Positions 15,001 through 25,500 of a stretch of 64,000 nt of DNA are shown piece by piece. The DNA lies in contig JAQGDQ010000190.1 in assembly GCA_030141605.1 (NCBI GenBank), positions 186,001 to 250,000 on the forward strand, read 5' to 3'. The notes beneath the pieces were generated by a model. It ran no database searches, had not been told where the DNA came from, and was given only the letters and a program-made list of their open reading frames with translations. Position 1 is the first letter of the stretch, and each line of letters opens with the position of its first letter. The translations under genes and the position numbers were made by a program. The stretch is from Tubiluchus corallicola. Its lineage: Eukaryota; Animalia; Priapulida.

Positions 15001-15542
15001 TACAAAGATAAATATAACAGTCATCGGTATTGGGCACAAGATGAATAGATAGGTAGATGAAGAGCTAAAGGAGTACTACAATGACAACACAACTAGTACT
15101 CAGCATTGTTCTAAGTCAGTAATAACTTGTATCAATTTAAAAACCATTTTGAACTGTTATCAACTAGCAAAGATTTTTACTTTAGTCTAATTTACAGTCT
15201 AAATTGCAATTTCTTCAATAAAAATCAATTTGCACAAGGACAAAAACATTTACAAATCAGTCTTAAAAACACGGTTATCTTACAATACCTCAATTTCTGA
15301 TAAGTAACCTGAGTAATCTAAATTATTTAAACTGCAAATACGTAAACAAAATATTTTTGATTTCTCGTTTGCAAGATCTAACAAATTATAATTCAACAGA
15401 CCGGCTTCATGCTGTTCTGCTGGGTTATTCTGCTAACATCTTTCATTACTCTTTCGAATTCTGCAGTAGCCTCCGCTTCTTTTTGTTGCTGTAATGCTAT
15501 CTTTTCAACAAATTTTCGCGGACTACTTCCACTGGCAGCCAT
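1..15542 (-). CDS. CRTC1: CREB-regulated transcription coactivator (CRTC/TORC), multi-exon, 3' part outside window
   Basis: Phase-compatible GT-AG exons: 15542-15402 (MAASGSSPRKFVEKIALQQQKEAEATAEFERVMKDV, TORC_N CREB-binding helix), 12078-11950 (RQALVDRVHR), 10042-9993 (LSPPDTSWRR), 6990-6890 (ANSDSA, SIK/14-3-3 site), optional 4432-4400, 2569-2517 (ASWEHRK), 2110-2046 (RPRSCEVPGIN), 1267-964 (TGSLPDLTCLQFPSPL), 139-<1. Motifs and their order match vertebrate CRTC1-3; which paralog is closest cannot be resolved. Confidence 0.93.
4773..4838. repeat. short direct duplication (TATGCGGTAAACACAAATAAAATGGAA x2)
   Basis: Two near-identical ~27-28 bp copies ~37 bp apart in a CRTC intron. Confidence 0.75.
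9008..9065. repeat. perfect 29-bp tandem duplication
   Basis: GATAGTAAGCAAATCTGAATCTCACCCGC at 9008-9036 and 9037-9065. Confidence 0.9.
9418..9590 (-). mobile_element. possible degenerate CR1-type LINE ORF2 C-terminal fragment
   Basis: Minus-strand translation RNLRYSERLK...RRSLKEDLI resembles the CR1 motif LSYEERLKxLxLxxLxxRRxRGDLI, with frameshift/insertions. Confidence 0.35.
9695..9716 (+). repeat. (TATTC)n microsatellite after AATAAA, LINE/SINE-type 3' tail
   Basis: CAAATAAAATATATTCTATTCTATTCTATTCTA read directly. Confidence 0.6.
14004..14877. mobile_element. hAT-type non-autonomous DNA transposon (MITE)
   Basis: Perfect 13-bp TIR TAGGGATGTCACA...TGTGACATCCCTA (Ac-like TAGGGATG end), subterminal GAATCC/GGATTC repeats, degenerate 8-bp TSD GTGTATTC/GTATACTC. 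Confidence 0.85.
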
Positions 15543-15829
15543 GACGGAGGTTACCAAGTTTGCTAATTATTCGCCAGAGTGCGCCACGTAAAGGTTAACG
15601 GAGGTCAACGGAACCGTCTCAGAGTCAGCAGTGAGAGGTCCCACAACCTGAAATTTGTGCTGTATAGTGCGTGATTTCAACGTTTGTTAATTATTCTGTT
15701 TTTAAGTCTTTTTGGTGGTGTTTTGAACCTAATTATTGACAAATAAAGCACGTTTCTACCAATAAATTACTGTCAAAACTCTTGGAACATTCAAATGTAA
15801 AGCAGAATTAAGCGCGACATTACAATTCG
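15543..15829. promoter_or_regulatory. candidate bidirectional promoter for CRTC (-) and C1D (+)
   Basis: Only 287 bp between the divergent ATGs; locally CpG-enriched around 15543-15680; repeated ACGGAGGT motif. Confidence 0.7.
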
Positions 15830-17604
15830 ATGGCAAGCTTGAGTATTAGTAGTGAAAATCTTGGAAACAGAAGCGATAGTCTTCCTGTTGAAGTGCAGAA
15901 AATTGTTAAAAATTTCCATGAATCAATTAGTCATGTTGAAAGTGTTCTAAAACCCTTTTTATCTGTACCTTATAATAATTTGGTTAACAAATTAGAGCCT
16001 GTTGCCAAGGCAAGAATTGATTTGATGATTGCTTATACGGTAAATTCTTTATATTGGATGTATTTGAATACTCAAGGGGAAACTGCAAAAGATCACCAAG
16101 TTAAAGAAGAGTTGGAACGAATTCGTAAATATATGAATAAAGTAAGGAAACCAAGATATTTATAACAACATTTAGCCCATTTTCGATGTTATCTGGAAAA
16201 GAGCTGATAGTGATACTGATGTTTGAATGGAAATCATTTAAAAAAAAGAAATGCCCAGGGGCCACCCTTTGGGATACAATGATTAAGACGATGTAAAAAA
16301 ACTCGGCTGTGCCTACCCTGGATGTCAAGGTCTAGGGTGGACTCGTACATCCACTTTGCTCCATTATTAATGGATTAAATATAAAAATACATTAATTATT
16401 TACATCTTTGCATCATAATACTAATAGATTTTAGAAATAACTGTGTGGCTGTATGTTTAATTACTAGGTTTTGAATTTTGATTCACTGTATATCATTTCA
16501 GTTCATGTTCAAAATTGCCGTAAATATACTGCAGGCTCGTTTAAGGAAAACTAGATCTAACCTTAAACTATAGCTGAAAACAATCTACTCTGTAACATAT
16601 TGAGTTAACATACTATTTTTTCTGGAATGACTCACGTGAATGAATTATTACCACAGAACGGTAATTTCGCGTTTGCATTGCTAGTTCTTTACACTCATAT
16701 GCATGTCGCCATTTGCTAATTAAACGGGGCTGGTGCCTGCATCTCGCAAACACGTTGCACAAAAAACAGGTTCAGTTCAGAAGTGCTGGGTTGTGATGTA
16801 GTACAATATGAGTGAGCACATCGGTAAACTTGAAATTTAAATTTTAAACTTAAAATTTGTCAAGATTTTCTATATTACACTGAATGTTGTACAATAGCAC
16901 TGATCTTTTAATTTTCGCTTTCATAAACACGTGCAACATGCTCGTGAAATGTTTGTGCCATTAAAAATTATGTTTATTTGTGATGTCATCACTAGCTGGG
17001 CTCCTCGGTCATTAATTAAGTTTTTGTCACATAAATTTTTTACCGTACTTCAAAGGGTGATATAGTACCAAAAATCGTCCTTTAATTTTCAAGAATTTGC
17101 TTTAAGAGGGACTCATTTGTGGGACAAATTCTGTTTTTCATACTTACAATATAGTTGATCCTACACATCTTATGACGTATTCAAACATAGAGACTTCTCT
17201 CGCAACTTGTTGCAAACTCAGCGAGAGTTGCTGAGAGTTAAGTTGCGAGAGAAGTTGCCAAGCTGTTCACGTATAACTTTAATCTCAAAGAGAAGTTGCC
17301 AAAATTTTCACACGTGCAACTTTACTTTCAGAGAGAAGTTGCACAGCAAGTTGCGAAAGAAGTTTCTATGTCTGAATGCACCATTACATCTAGACGTCTT
17401 TTTCAGGTTAAAGAAATTATTGATCACGAGAAGGCAGCAAAACTTGATAAAGGTGCAGCAAAGCGATTTGTTACTCATGCCCTGTATGAACCTAAAGACC
17501 ATCAACAAGCGAAAACTGAACGGCAACAAGAGCAGCCTGTAGCTAGAAAACGTCGAGTTAATGACAAGTCTCAGGAGTCAGTCGTCAAGCAGAAACGAGT
17601 TTAA
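15830..17604 (+). CDS. C1D: Nuclear nucleic acid-binding protein C1D / exosome cofactor Rrp47, 169 aa, 2 exons
   Basis: Exon 1 15830-16141 (ARIDLMIAYTVNSLYWMYLNTQG...HQVKEELERIRKYMNK|gtaagg); exon 2 17407-17604 (tttcag|VKEIIDHEKAAKLDKGAAKRFVTHALYEPK...). Matches the Sas10/C1D family signature. Confidence 0.95.
16541..17085. mobile_element. Kolobok/T2-like non-autonomous element, copy 1 (C1D intron)
   Basis: Begins TTAAGGAAAAC and ends GTCCTTTAA; alignable by eye along its length with 48560-49176 and partly with 52134-52499. Confidence 0.7.
17173..17383. mobile_element. PIF/Harbinger-type (Tourist-like) MITE
   Basis: ~37-bp imperfect TIRs (ATTCAAACATAGAGACTTCTCTCGCAACTTG / CAAGTTGCGAAAGAAGTTTCTATGTCTGAAT), TTA TSD on both sides, internal GAGAAGTTGC repeats. 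Confidence 0.8.
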
Positions 17605-17755
17605 ATTTTCCACACATTTTGCAATCTGATCACACAAACCAGAACATTCAGTAGTGCTACATACGTATTTTACATGACTAGTTCACATGTGATTTTAAAA
17701 CACTGATGCAAAATTAAACTCTACACTGTATACATCATAATTTTACTTAACAAAC

Positions 17756-20700
17756 ATGGTAGGCAACAGAAAGAAATATCCACGAAGATGTGTTAGACTT
17801 AATTTTACAAAACGAAGTAGCAGAAAGCAAGGTGTTATGGCAGTGAGTGATGTTTCTAGTTTGACTGATGATAATACTGGACAAAATTGTGATGCTGTTG
17901 CTGAACAGAGCAGCGATGCAACAACAGCTTGCAGTGACAATGATTATATATCTCCATTAGAAAACTTAGCAGAAATGCCAACACCTGCATTATCTGTGTG
18001 CAGTAACATAGAGCAGGTTGTAGCAAGCGCACCAGCACCAGAAACAAATACTCAGATAAGTATAAGTATAACATCGGTTACACATGCTCAAATAAGTACA
18101 AGTGTGACATCAATTGAGCATTCTTGGCCTAGTGCTGAACCAAGTACATCAAATCTAACACCAGTGACAACTGCAAAAGAATCACCAAGTGCTGACCATG
18201 ACCTGTCAGTAGATCCTGTTGGGCACGTACCAGGAGCTTCACAGTCACGAAATATGGTAATCTTTTTAAAATTTTTATATTAGAGTTTCTGCTGCAATTG
18301 TAGAGTGCTTTTTCAAACTCATTGGAACAGACTTTGCATGTTTCGTATTTCAGTGTTTTGAGACACTTTTTTAAATAAGTTTCACTATTGTATTTCACTT
18401 AGTATGTGGGAGTAGCAGGTTCCTGTATGAAAATTAAGGACATCACTGAACGGGATTGTTTAGCAGTGTGGGGTGTTGTGAAATACGTCTATTCACCTAC
18501 ACGCAGTAAAGGTTCAGGTAATTAATGTTTATTTTCAGACACATTGCAGTTCGTATTTGTGCTTTGGAGTTAGAAATTAAATCGAGTTTCTGTAAAGACG
18601 AGTTTGAATTGAACCTTAGATTATATTAAATTAATGCATTTAACTAAATTGCACTCCGAATGCTAACGAAACCAATGTTGTGTTTTCCGTAAGTTTGCTA
18701 AGTAAGCAAAAATGCTGAGAAAACTAGGCAGTATTAAACAGTGGTAATAGCTTAACTAGACTTAAACTCTTCCTGTTATGATTAGCGCTGTGGTGGGAGA
18801 AATTGTTTGTTTGTAAATAGCCAAAAATTGCTGTAAATATTAGGGATGCACCTGATCCCGTTTTGTTGGTTACGGATCAGAATATGCTGGATCTGTTCCT
18901 GTTTTGGATCTGCAAATTAATATTTCACTTGTTTAGCCTTTCATCGAGTGGTAGTTTCAAGATCCATTTTCAGAGTCACTGAGTAATTTTAAGTTGAAAC
19001 ACTGCAAATGTTGATGTACTGTATTTTTGAACACCTGATCCGCGCTTGGTTTAAACTAAAAAATGCTTAACTGTGCAAAATCTGAACACTTTTGCCGTAT
19101 TCTGATCTATTCAAAGCGTCGAATCTTGGGATCTGGAACCGAATGATATACATCCCTAATAAATATTTTACTAATTTAATAGCCGTTACTTTACTAAAGA
19201 TTATGTTTACTTATATTATTCCTTAAACCAGATTGGGTGTTAAATTTTGGACTTGTTGATGACTCTGTGGATGTGAGCAAGGATGAAAAACTTCGCTGTC
19301 ACTTATTTATGGGACAACGAAATTTATGCGAGTCGGTCAAGAAAGCCGGGCAAATTGTTCGGCTGAGTGGGGTTAAGGTAGGACAAATTTTATTATGAGT
19401 TATGCTTGATTTTGGTTTCTATGGAATGCAGCCAAAAATTGTTAAAATTTTGATATCGAATTTGATCGAAAGAAAGTACAAGTGGTACTAAACCTAGAGT
19501 TGCTGGTTGACATTGAATCAAAAATAGCAGCACTCAGAAATGATTGATGGTTGATTGCTCCTAATGTTTGTATACTATCATCGATTAAAAACAACTAATA
19601 ACTATACATTTTCAATTTTTTCAACTTAGATTATAAAATACAATGGGCAACATCAAGCAGTTGCTACTGGTGCTACTAAGATTGAAGTTTGGAGTGGTGA
19701 CATAGATGGCTCAACTCAACCAGTTGCTGGTGGACACTATCACACTTTGACGGATGCCGATTTGAAAAAAGTAAGTTTCGCTAATGGCTATACGTTGAAT
19801 TGTCTGTTTTAAAATCTGCATATCTATTTGTGTTTGTGATGAAACTTAATAAGAATTTTTCGAACTTGTGTCTTTAAGGTGTTCATCTTAATATAGGGAA
19901 TCATTTCTTTTAGGTAATATGGAATACTGTGTTTATATTTTTTAGTTTTCAAACCCAACATTAGATGTTGCTATTTGATCCATCTTTGTTCATTGTCAAT
20001 GCGAAATCTAATAGTTCATGTATAGTTCACTCTGTGATTTGATTGATAGTAATGTGCTGCAGGCTTACATAAGCCCAGCTTCAAACAGTTTAAACATGGT
20101 ACAGTGCTAATGTTAATTTCTAAAAGTTTTGCTTTTCTAACCTTCAAAAGTGACAAAAATACAATATTGTAAACTTGATTGCAGATCATATTGTTGATCA
20201 TATTACCTTGACTAAAATAGCAGCTCTTGTGGATTGTATTGTCTAAAATAGCAGCTCTTATTTTTACCTTGTGGGTTACCTTGATCAAATAACTGTGCTT
20301 GTCTTTACATGTGTGCATTACCTTGATTAAAATAGCAGCTCTTGTCTTTCCTAGGGGAGTTCGAGTTTCCGGACATGATCGAGGTGTGCGTCAGTATTAA
20401 TTTTTAGGGATCAGGGTTCAGGACAGTAATTCAGTTCGAGGTTTGGTATCAAGTGGTTGGGGTCGGAACCAAAAGTTCAGGATAATGCACTCTTTCTGTA
20501 TGTACTACGGAAAAATAATTATGACCTTAAAGTTTTACAAAGTAAAAAGCGGCTGACAAACAAGTGATGCAGCGGTTGTTAATAAAATCTCAATATAAAA
20601 TATGTTATTACAAAATTTAAACAATGGATAACTTTGTTAAGTGGTTCATTTCTCTGTACATGTCGCAATAACCTGATGCAAATGTTGATTTTTTAAATAT

Positions 20701-23700
20701 TGTAAACTTTTAAAGTTCGGAGTCAAGACCGGAGTTGGAGTGAGATGGGAGGTTCGGGAAGGGACAGAATGTTTGGGAATGGGGTTCGGGGTTTAAGAAA
20801 TGTTCGGGATCAAGGTTCGAGGGCCGGGATCATAACCTCGATCTTTAAACACTTATATTTTGGACACTTGTGGATTACCCTGGCTTAAATAGCAGCGCTT
20901 TTGTGGATCACATTGCCTAAAATAGCTCTCTGGTTTTTTACTTGTGGATTACCTTGATCAAAATAGCAGTGCTTGTCTTTACACTTGTGGATTACCTTGA
21001 TCAAAATAGCAGTGCTTGTCTTTACACTTGTGGATTACCTTGATCAAAATAGCAGTGCTTGTCTTTACACTTGTGGATGACCGTGATTAAAATAGCAGTG
21101 TTTCTACTTGGCTTTACACTTGTGGATTACCTTAATCAAAATAGCAGTGCTTGTATTTACACTTGTGGATTACCTTGATCAAAATAGTAACTCTTGTTTT
21201 TACACTTATAGCTGGCAGCCCTCTAACATTCATTCTAAACACTTTTAAAACCTTGTGGATGTTCGTACTTGTACTTTAATGCTTTGGTTATAGAAATTTA
21301 GTAACACAAGTATTTTTAGACTATTAGACTTGTATTTCATGTTTGTAAGGCTTTTTTTACAGTTACAGGAAATGAGAGCCTATCGGGAATCAATACAAGA
21401 TTTACTTCTTCCTCCTGTGCTTATCAAAAAGCTGCAAGAAATCAGACCAAATGACTATGCTACCGTATACTGCCAGGTATCGTCAAAGAAATGCCAGTGC
21501 TTTCTAAGCAGTCTTCTTTATGAAAACTGTACCAGTATGCGATAAAACAGATACTGCTCATGTATGTTTAAAGACAGTTTGAAAACATTTGAAAACAGTA
21601 GAATTTCCAAAAAAAAAACCAGCAGACTTGATAACAAGTTACCGTATTTAATTGCTTAATTAAACCACAAGAAAACACTCTTCAAAAGTAAAGCCTAAAA
21701 ATTTGTCTCAAAATTTCATATGACTTACATGCTGTGTCTTATTGCATATAGAGCTTGCGTTAACAGCAATGCTGCAAAAACTGGTACATTTAAACTCTGT
21801 CGATGATTGTTAGACTGAGCCATTTTAATAGCAATTAGATAACATTGTATAAAGTATCAAAAATAATCAGAGCATTCGTTGTGCTCACTTCACTAACTAG
21901 GCAAAAGTGTAAATTAGTTTATATTGTCAGTAAGATCTATAAAGTTCTTTTTGGTGAGTCAGTGGTGCACACTGGGATAACCAATGCAGTACCAATTTGC
22001 CAAGTGGCACAAACATTTTAATTTATTAAGAATTTTTTTCTAATTACATAATTCTTCCAAACAGGCAAACATAGAGCTACGTAATATAACTTTGTTTATA
22101 AAGTTTCTTGTGACATATTTTAAAATTCCCCTGTCTTCCCCTTTAACTAAAATTGAAATTAGCACCATTTGTTGCAATTTTTATTGTAGATAGTTGGAAT
22201 TTGTCATATGAGGACAGAAGCATGTTTATTGAGAGTGTGGGATGGAACTACCCTTTCAAGGTACAGATTTGTTTGTGTTTTATTCTTGTGTGTAGTAAGT
22301 ATATTAAATATTATGTTCATTAAATTTAATTTGATGTTTTAGTTGGGAACTTTGTAATGTTTTGTTTTAGTTGGGGACTTTTTATGTCATGATATTTACA
22401 GTGATTAACTTAGGTTGGTATTAGTACAAAAAAGATATGTAGGTCTACTACATTATAAGGATAAAGACCTAGTTATGCTTTAGTATGAAAGATTAGTACA
22501 TGATATAGTAGACGTGATTGATTGAAACTACAGCATGATTAAATTTTTTACAATACTACGTTATATAAATAAGAAATCTTGCCTATAGCGCTTGGAGGGC
22601 TACTATGTTAACTCGTCCTAATACCGGTTGGGAATAAATTTAAATATAGTTTAGAGGAAGCCTATTAGAAGTCGAATAATTAGCTCATTAAATGGGCAAT
22701 TAGGAAGACCGCCAAGTGCTACTTATCTATAGACTTTTTCAAAAGGTTGTATGTTCATTCATAAAGCAGTTTCCTGTTGCAGATCCACGCAACCAGGGTA
22801 AATACGTTATTGTTTTCTGATATATTATGCCATAATTTCGTTCAAATTGTGTAGTGAGACACTAATTGAAAATTTATTGCTTTTTGTTATGTGAAAGTGG
22901 TGTTGGAAAGTGCCTGTATTTGCACATTCTCTACAGCAAATGCTATTGTGACTACCAATGGCAATCATTTGAACTGCTGGTTCTGTACTTTTAGAGACCA
23001 AGATCCATATCATATAGAAGAAAACGGTAGATTAGAACACCAGGCAGATTCTGCTAATTATTGTGGAAAACTTCTGAATTTTAAATTCCTTGATCACGTA
23101 ATTGAAAATGTCTGTATTTTGTAACTGCTGTTGTAATTGAATTACTAACTGTATTTTTCTGTATTATTTCATATTTCCTGCAAGTGAATACATCCACTAT
23201 CCAGCACTCATTGTTGAAATCGACTTATTAAATTAGTATGTTGACTACTGTGACAGAGAAGCAAGTCACTTGCTGTGTCTTATTTCAGTGATATGAAAGG
23301 AAGAGAGATTATATTTAGCGACACTGAAAGGCTCTGCTATTCCGAGCAATCTAATCTTGCAAGCTTGTCAAAAGATCTCACTATTGACGTGTTTTTGTAC
23401 AATGAGCATGCAACATGTGCAAAGGAGCTTAATTTACAGGTACATTTGAAAACAGCTTGTGTGGTACCCTGCAATGATTTTAATAATAATGTCGTCCTGT
23501 AAAAGAGGCCTAGTACAGCATGTTTGATTAGTATTGTAATCATTTTTAATGAGTGGTGCTGAAATTTCAAGTGGCCTTCATGCATATAAACAAATATATT
23601 TCAACTGCCTGTCTTCTTTGTCCAGCTGCATGGTATCAAAATGCAGTGTTCTTGCTTTAATTCATGGAAGAGTCTAAAATTAGTTGGCCAGAAAATCCTG

Positions 23701-25500
23701 ATAATGTGAACTAAAATGTTACTAGATACTGGATATGATACAACTACGATTTATTACCATTTTCAATTTCAAGGTATTCTTGTTTTAATGCTATGTGATG
23801 TGTGCCTATTGTTTTGACATTTTCAGTTATAATCTGCACTGCCCTTTGCTCAGTATGTATGTGTAAATGTACAATATTTAATGGTTAACACATTGGATGA
23901 ATTACTGGTGATGTCTTAACTTAAGCAGCCATGAGTTTAGTAACGTATACCAGGCAGACTTGGCGGAGGTTTGTGCTCTACAGACTGCCCTTCTCAAGTC
24001 AGCATCGCTACATAGTATAGACTGCCACAAAAAACAGTGCCAGGCAAAATAATTCATAAATGTTTGTGCTGTTCTTCCGAATGTACCTACTATTTCTTGA
24101 AAGTTTTTTTACACTTTTTTGTCATACTCAGGTGCTCACATTTTCTTCTTAGGCTGGTGATTTCGTTAAACTTGTGAAGTTGCACTGCAAGCCTTTTAGG
24201 TTGACGGAAACGTATGAGGCCGTTGTTGATTTTATTATGCATAGAGGTCTGTGGGATGACAAAGAAGTGGTTAAGCTTAATTATGATGATCCGGAAGTAA
24301 CTGCACTTCAGAGGTACCCAGAATCATTTTGTTTCACAATAAGGATGAGAATTCAGTATATTGAAACAGTGGAAAATATAGCCTATATTTGTTTATGCCT
24401 TTTCCTGTAGTCTGTAAGTGATCACGTTATTGATGTCACACAAATTTGGCTTGATTTATTATACTGTAGATGTATTTTTGTTTTAGGTTATTCTTTAATT
24501 CAGTTTATATACAGTCCTATAACTTGCAGATGCAGTTAAACAAAAAAAATGGCTTCCTTTTGCATCTTTCCAGAGAGGAAGATAGTTAAGGTACTGCTGA
24601 TTAGCAAAGTTTGAAAATTTTACAATGATGCACATATTTGGCATTTTCAATATGCCACTTACTATTAAGAATGACTTTATACCTCTTACTTAATAGTGAT
24701 AACTTAATTTCAATGAGCTTTTTCACAGTTTCGTTGTGTGCATATGCCGTAGCTGTAGGTCCAATGCAGTGTTAAGTGTATCACAGGAATGCGTCTTAAC
24801 TACAACTGTCATGAGACATGTGGGTAAAGCAAAGCTGCCTGCTGCATCAGTTCAACAATTCCAATTATTTTATGTCTTTACTTAATTATGCATTAGTCTA
24901 TGTGTAGAGTGATTTACAGGATCCCACAGGATCTTGCTTGGGAACAAGAAAATATGAAGTGGGTAAGATTCTAGCTAGCTGTTAAAACTGTTACTACTAG
25001 AACAGCATTGATTGTAAGGCATTGACAGGTGTGCACAAATGTGTTGTTTGGTACACTTATGTTTTGACTTTTTTAGGATCACCATCAATCGCTGAAACTG
25101 TGAAAAGGCTTATTATCCCTTGTGTTATTTCAGGCTGAGCAGTGTTCCTGTGTTAATTCAAGCTTCACAAGACTCCAGTAGCAGTTCTACAATAATAGAA
25201 AATTCTGGAAATGAAAATTCTGTAGGCAATGTGAGCAATGCACATGAAGACAAGAACCCTAGAAAAACCCTAGCTTCTGACCATGAGAATTCTGTGATGA
25301 GAAAAACAGAGACTGAACAAACAGAAGAGAAGGAAAAAGTGACGCCACAATATCCTTTTCAGGAGAATAATGAAGTTTTAGTAGATGATAAAATACTCCA
25401 TGTGCAGCCAGAAGTGTTAAGCCCTTGGTTACTTGAAATAATTTGTAAGGAAGCCGAATACTGTAAAAATACACACAGTAAGAAGAAGGTTTCTACATAG
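17756..25500 (+). CDS. POT1: POT1-like telomeric ssDNA-binding protein (OB1+OB2) with long N-terminal extension; 3' end uncertain (25500 or up to 26014)
   Basis: Exons 17756-18256, 18403-18517 (VWGVVKYVYSPTRSKGSD), 19232-19377 (KLRCHLF...GQIVRLSGVK), 19630-19770, 21363-21476 (KLQEIRPNDYATVYCQ), 22190-22260 (LLRVWDGT), 23289-23439 (LTIDVFLYNEH), 24153-24313 (GDFVKLVKLHCK...DFIMHRG), 25134-~25477/25500. All GT-AG and phase-compatible; motifs collinear with human POT1 OB1-OB2. Confidence 0.88.
18841..19158. mobile_element. hAT-type MITE
   Basis: Termini TAGGGATG...CATCCCTA, 8-bp TSD GTAAATAT/ATAAATAT (7/8), GGATC-rich subterminal repeats. Confidence 0.8.
20212..21210. repeat. 43-bp minisatellite interrupted by a ~500-bp insertion
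   Basis: Unit CTTGTGGATTACCTTGATCAAAATAGCAGTGCTTGTCTTTACA near-perfect at 20941, 20984, 21027 and 21070; degenerate copies at ~20212-20350, 20851-20940 and to ~21210; GTTCGG/GTTCGA-rich insert at ~20352-20845. Confidence 0.9.
22586..22721. mobile_element. small MITE-like element
   Basis: Imperfect 13-bp TIR TAGCGCTTGGAGG / CCGCCAAGTGCTA. Confidence 0.45.
23951..23998 (+). mobile_element. Helitron-like 3'-end remnant
   Basis: CTTGGCGGAGGTTTGTGCTCTACAGACTGCCCTTCT resembles the common non-autonomous Helitron terminus CTTGGCGGAGGTCTGCGCTCT..GAGTGC..TTCTAG; the terminal CTAG is degenerate. Confidence 0.4.

Noticed and set aside
17207-17542. 111-aa and overlapping ORFs upstream of C1D exon 2
   Set aside because: Explained by MITE sequence plus alternative frames of C1D exon 2.
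20941-21210. Regularly spaced direct repeats resembling a CRISPR array
   Set aside because: No unique spacers, eukaryotic intron, no cas genes; it is a minisatellite.
22995-23026. Possible extra POT1 exon (DQDPYHIEEN)
   Set aside because: Ends in phase 1, incompatible with the phase-2 acceptor at 23289, and not needed by homology.
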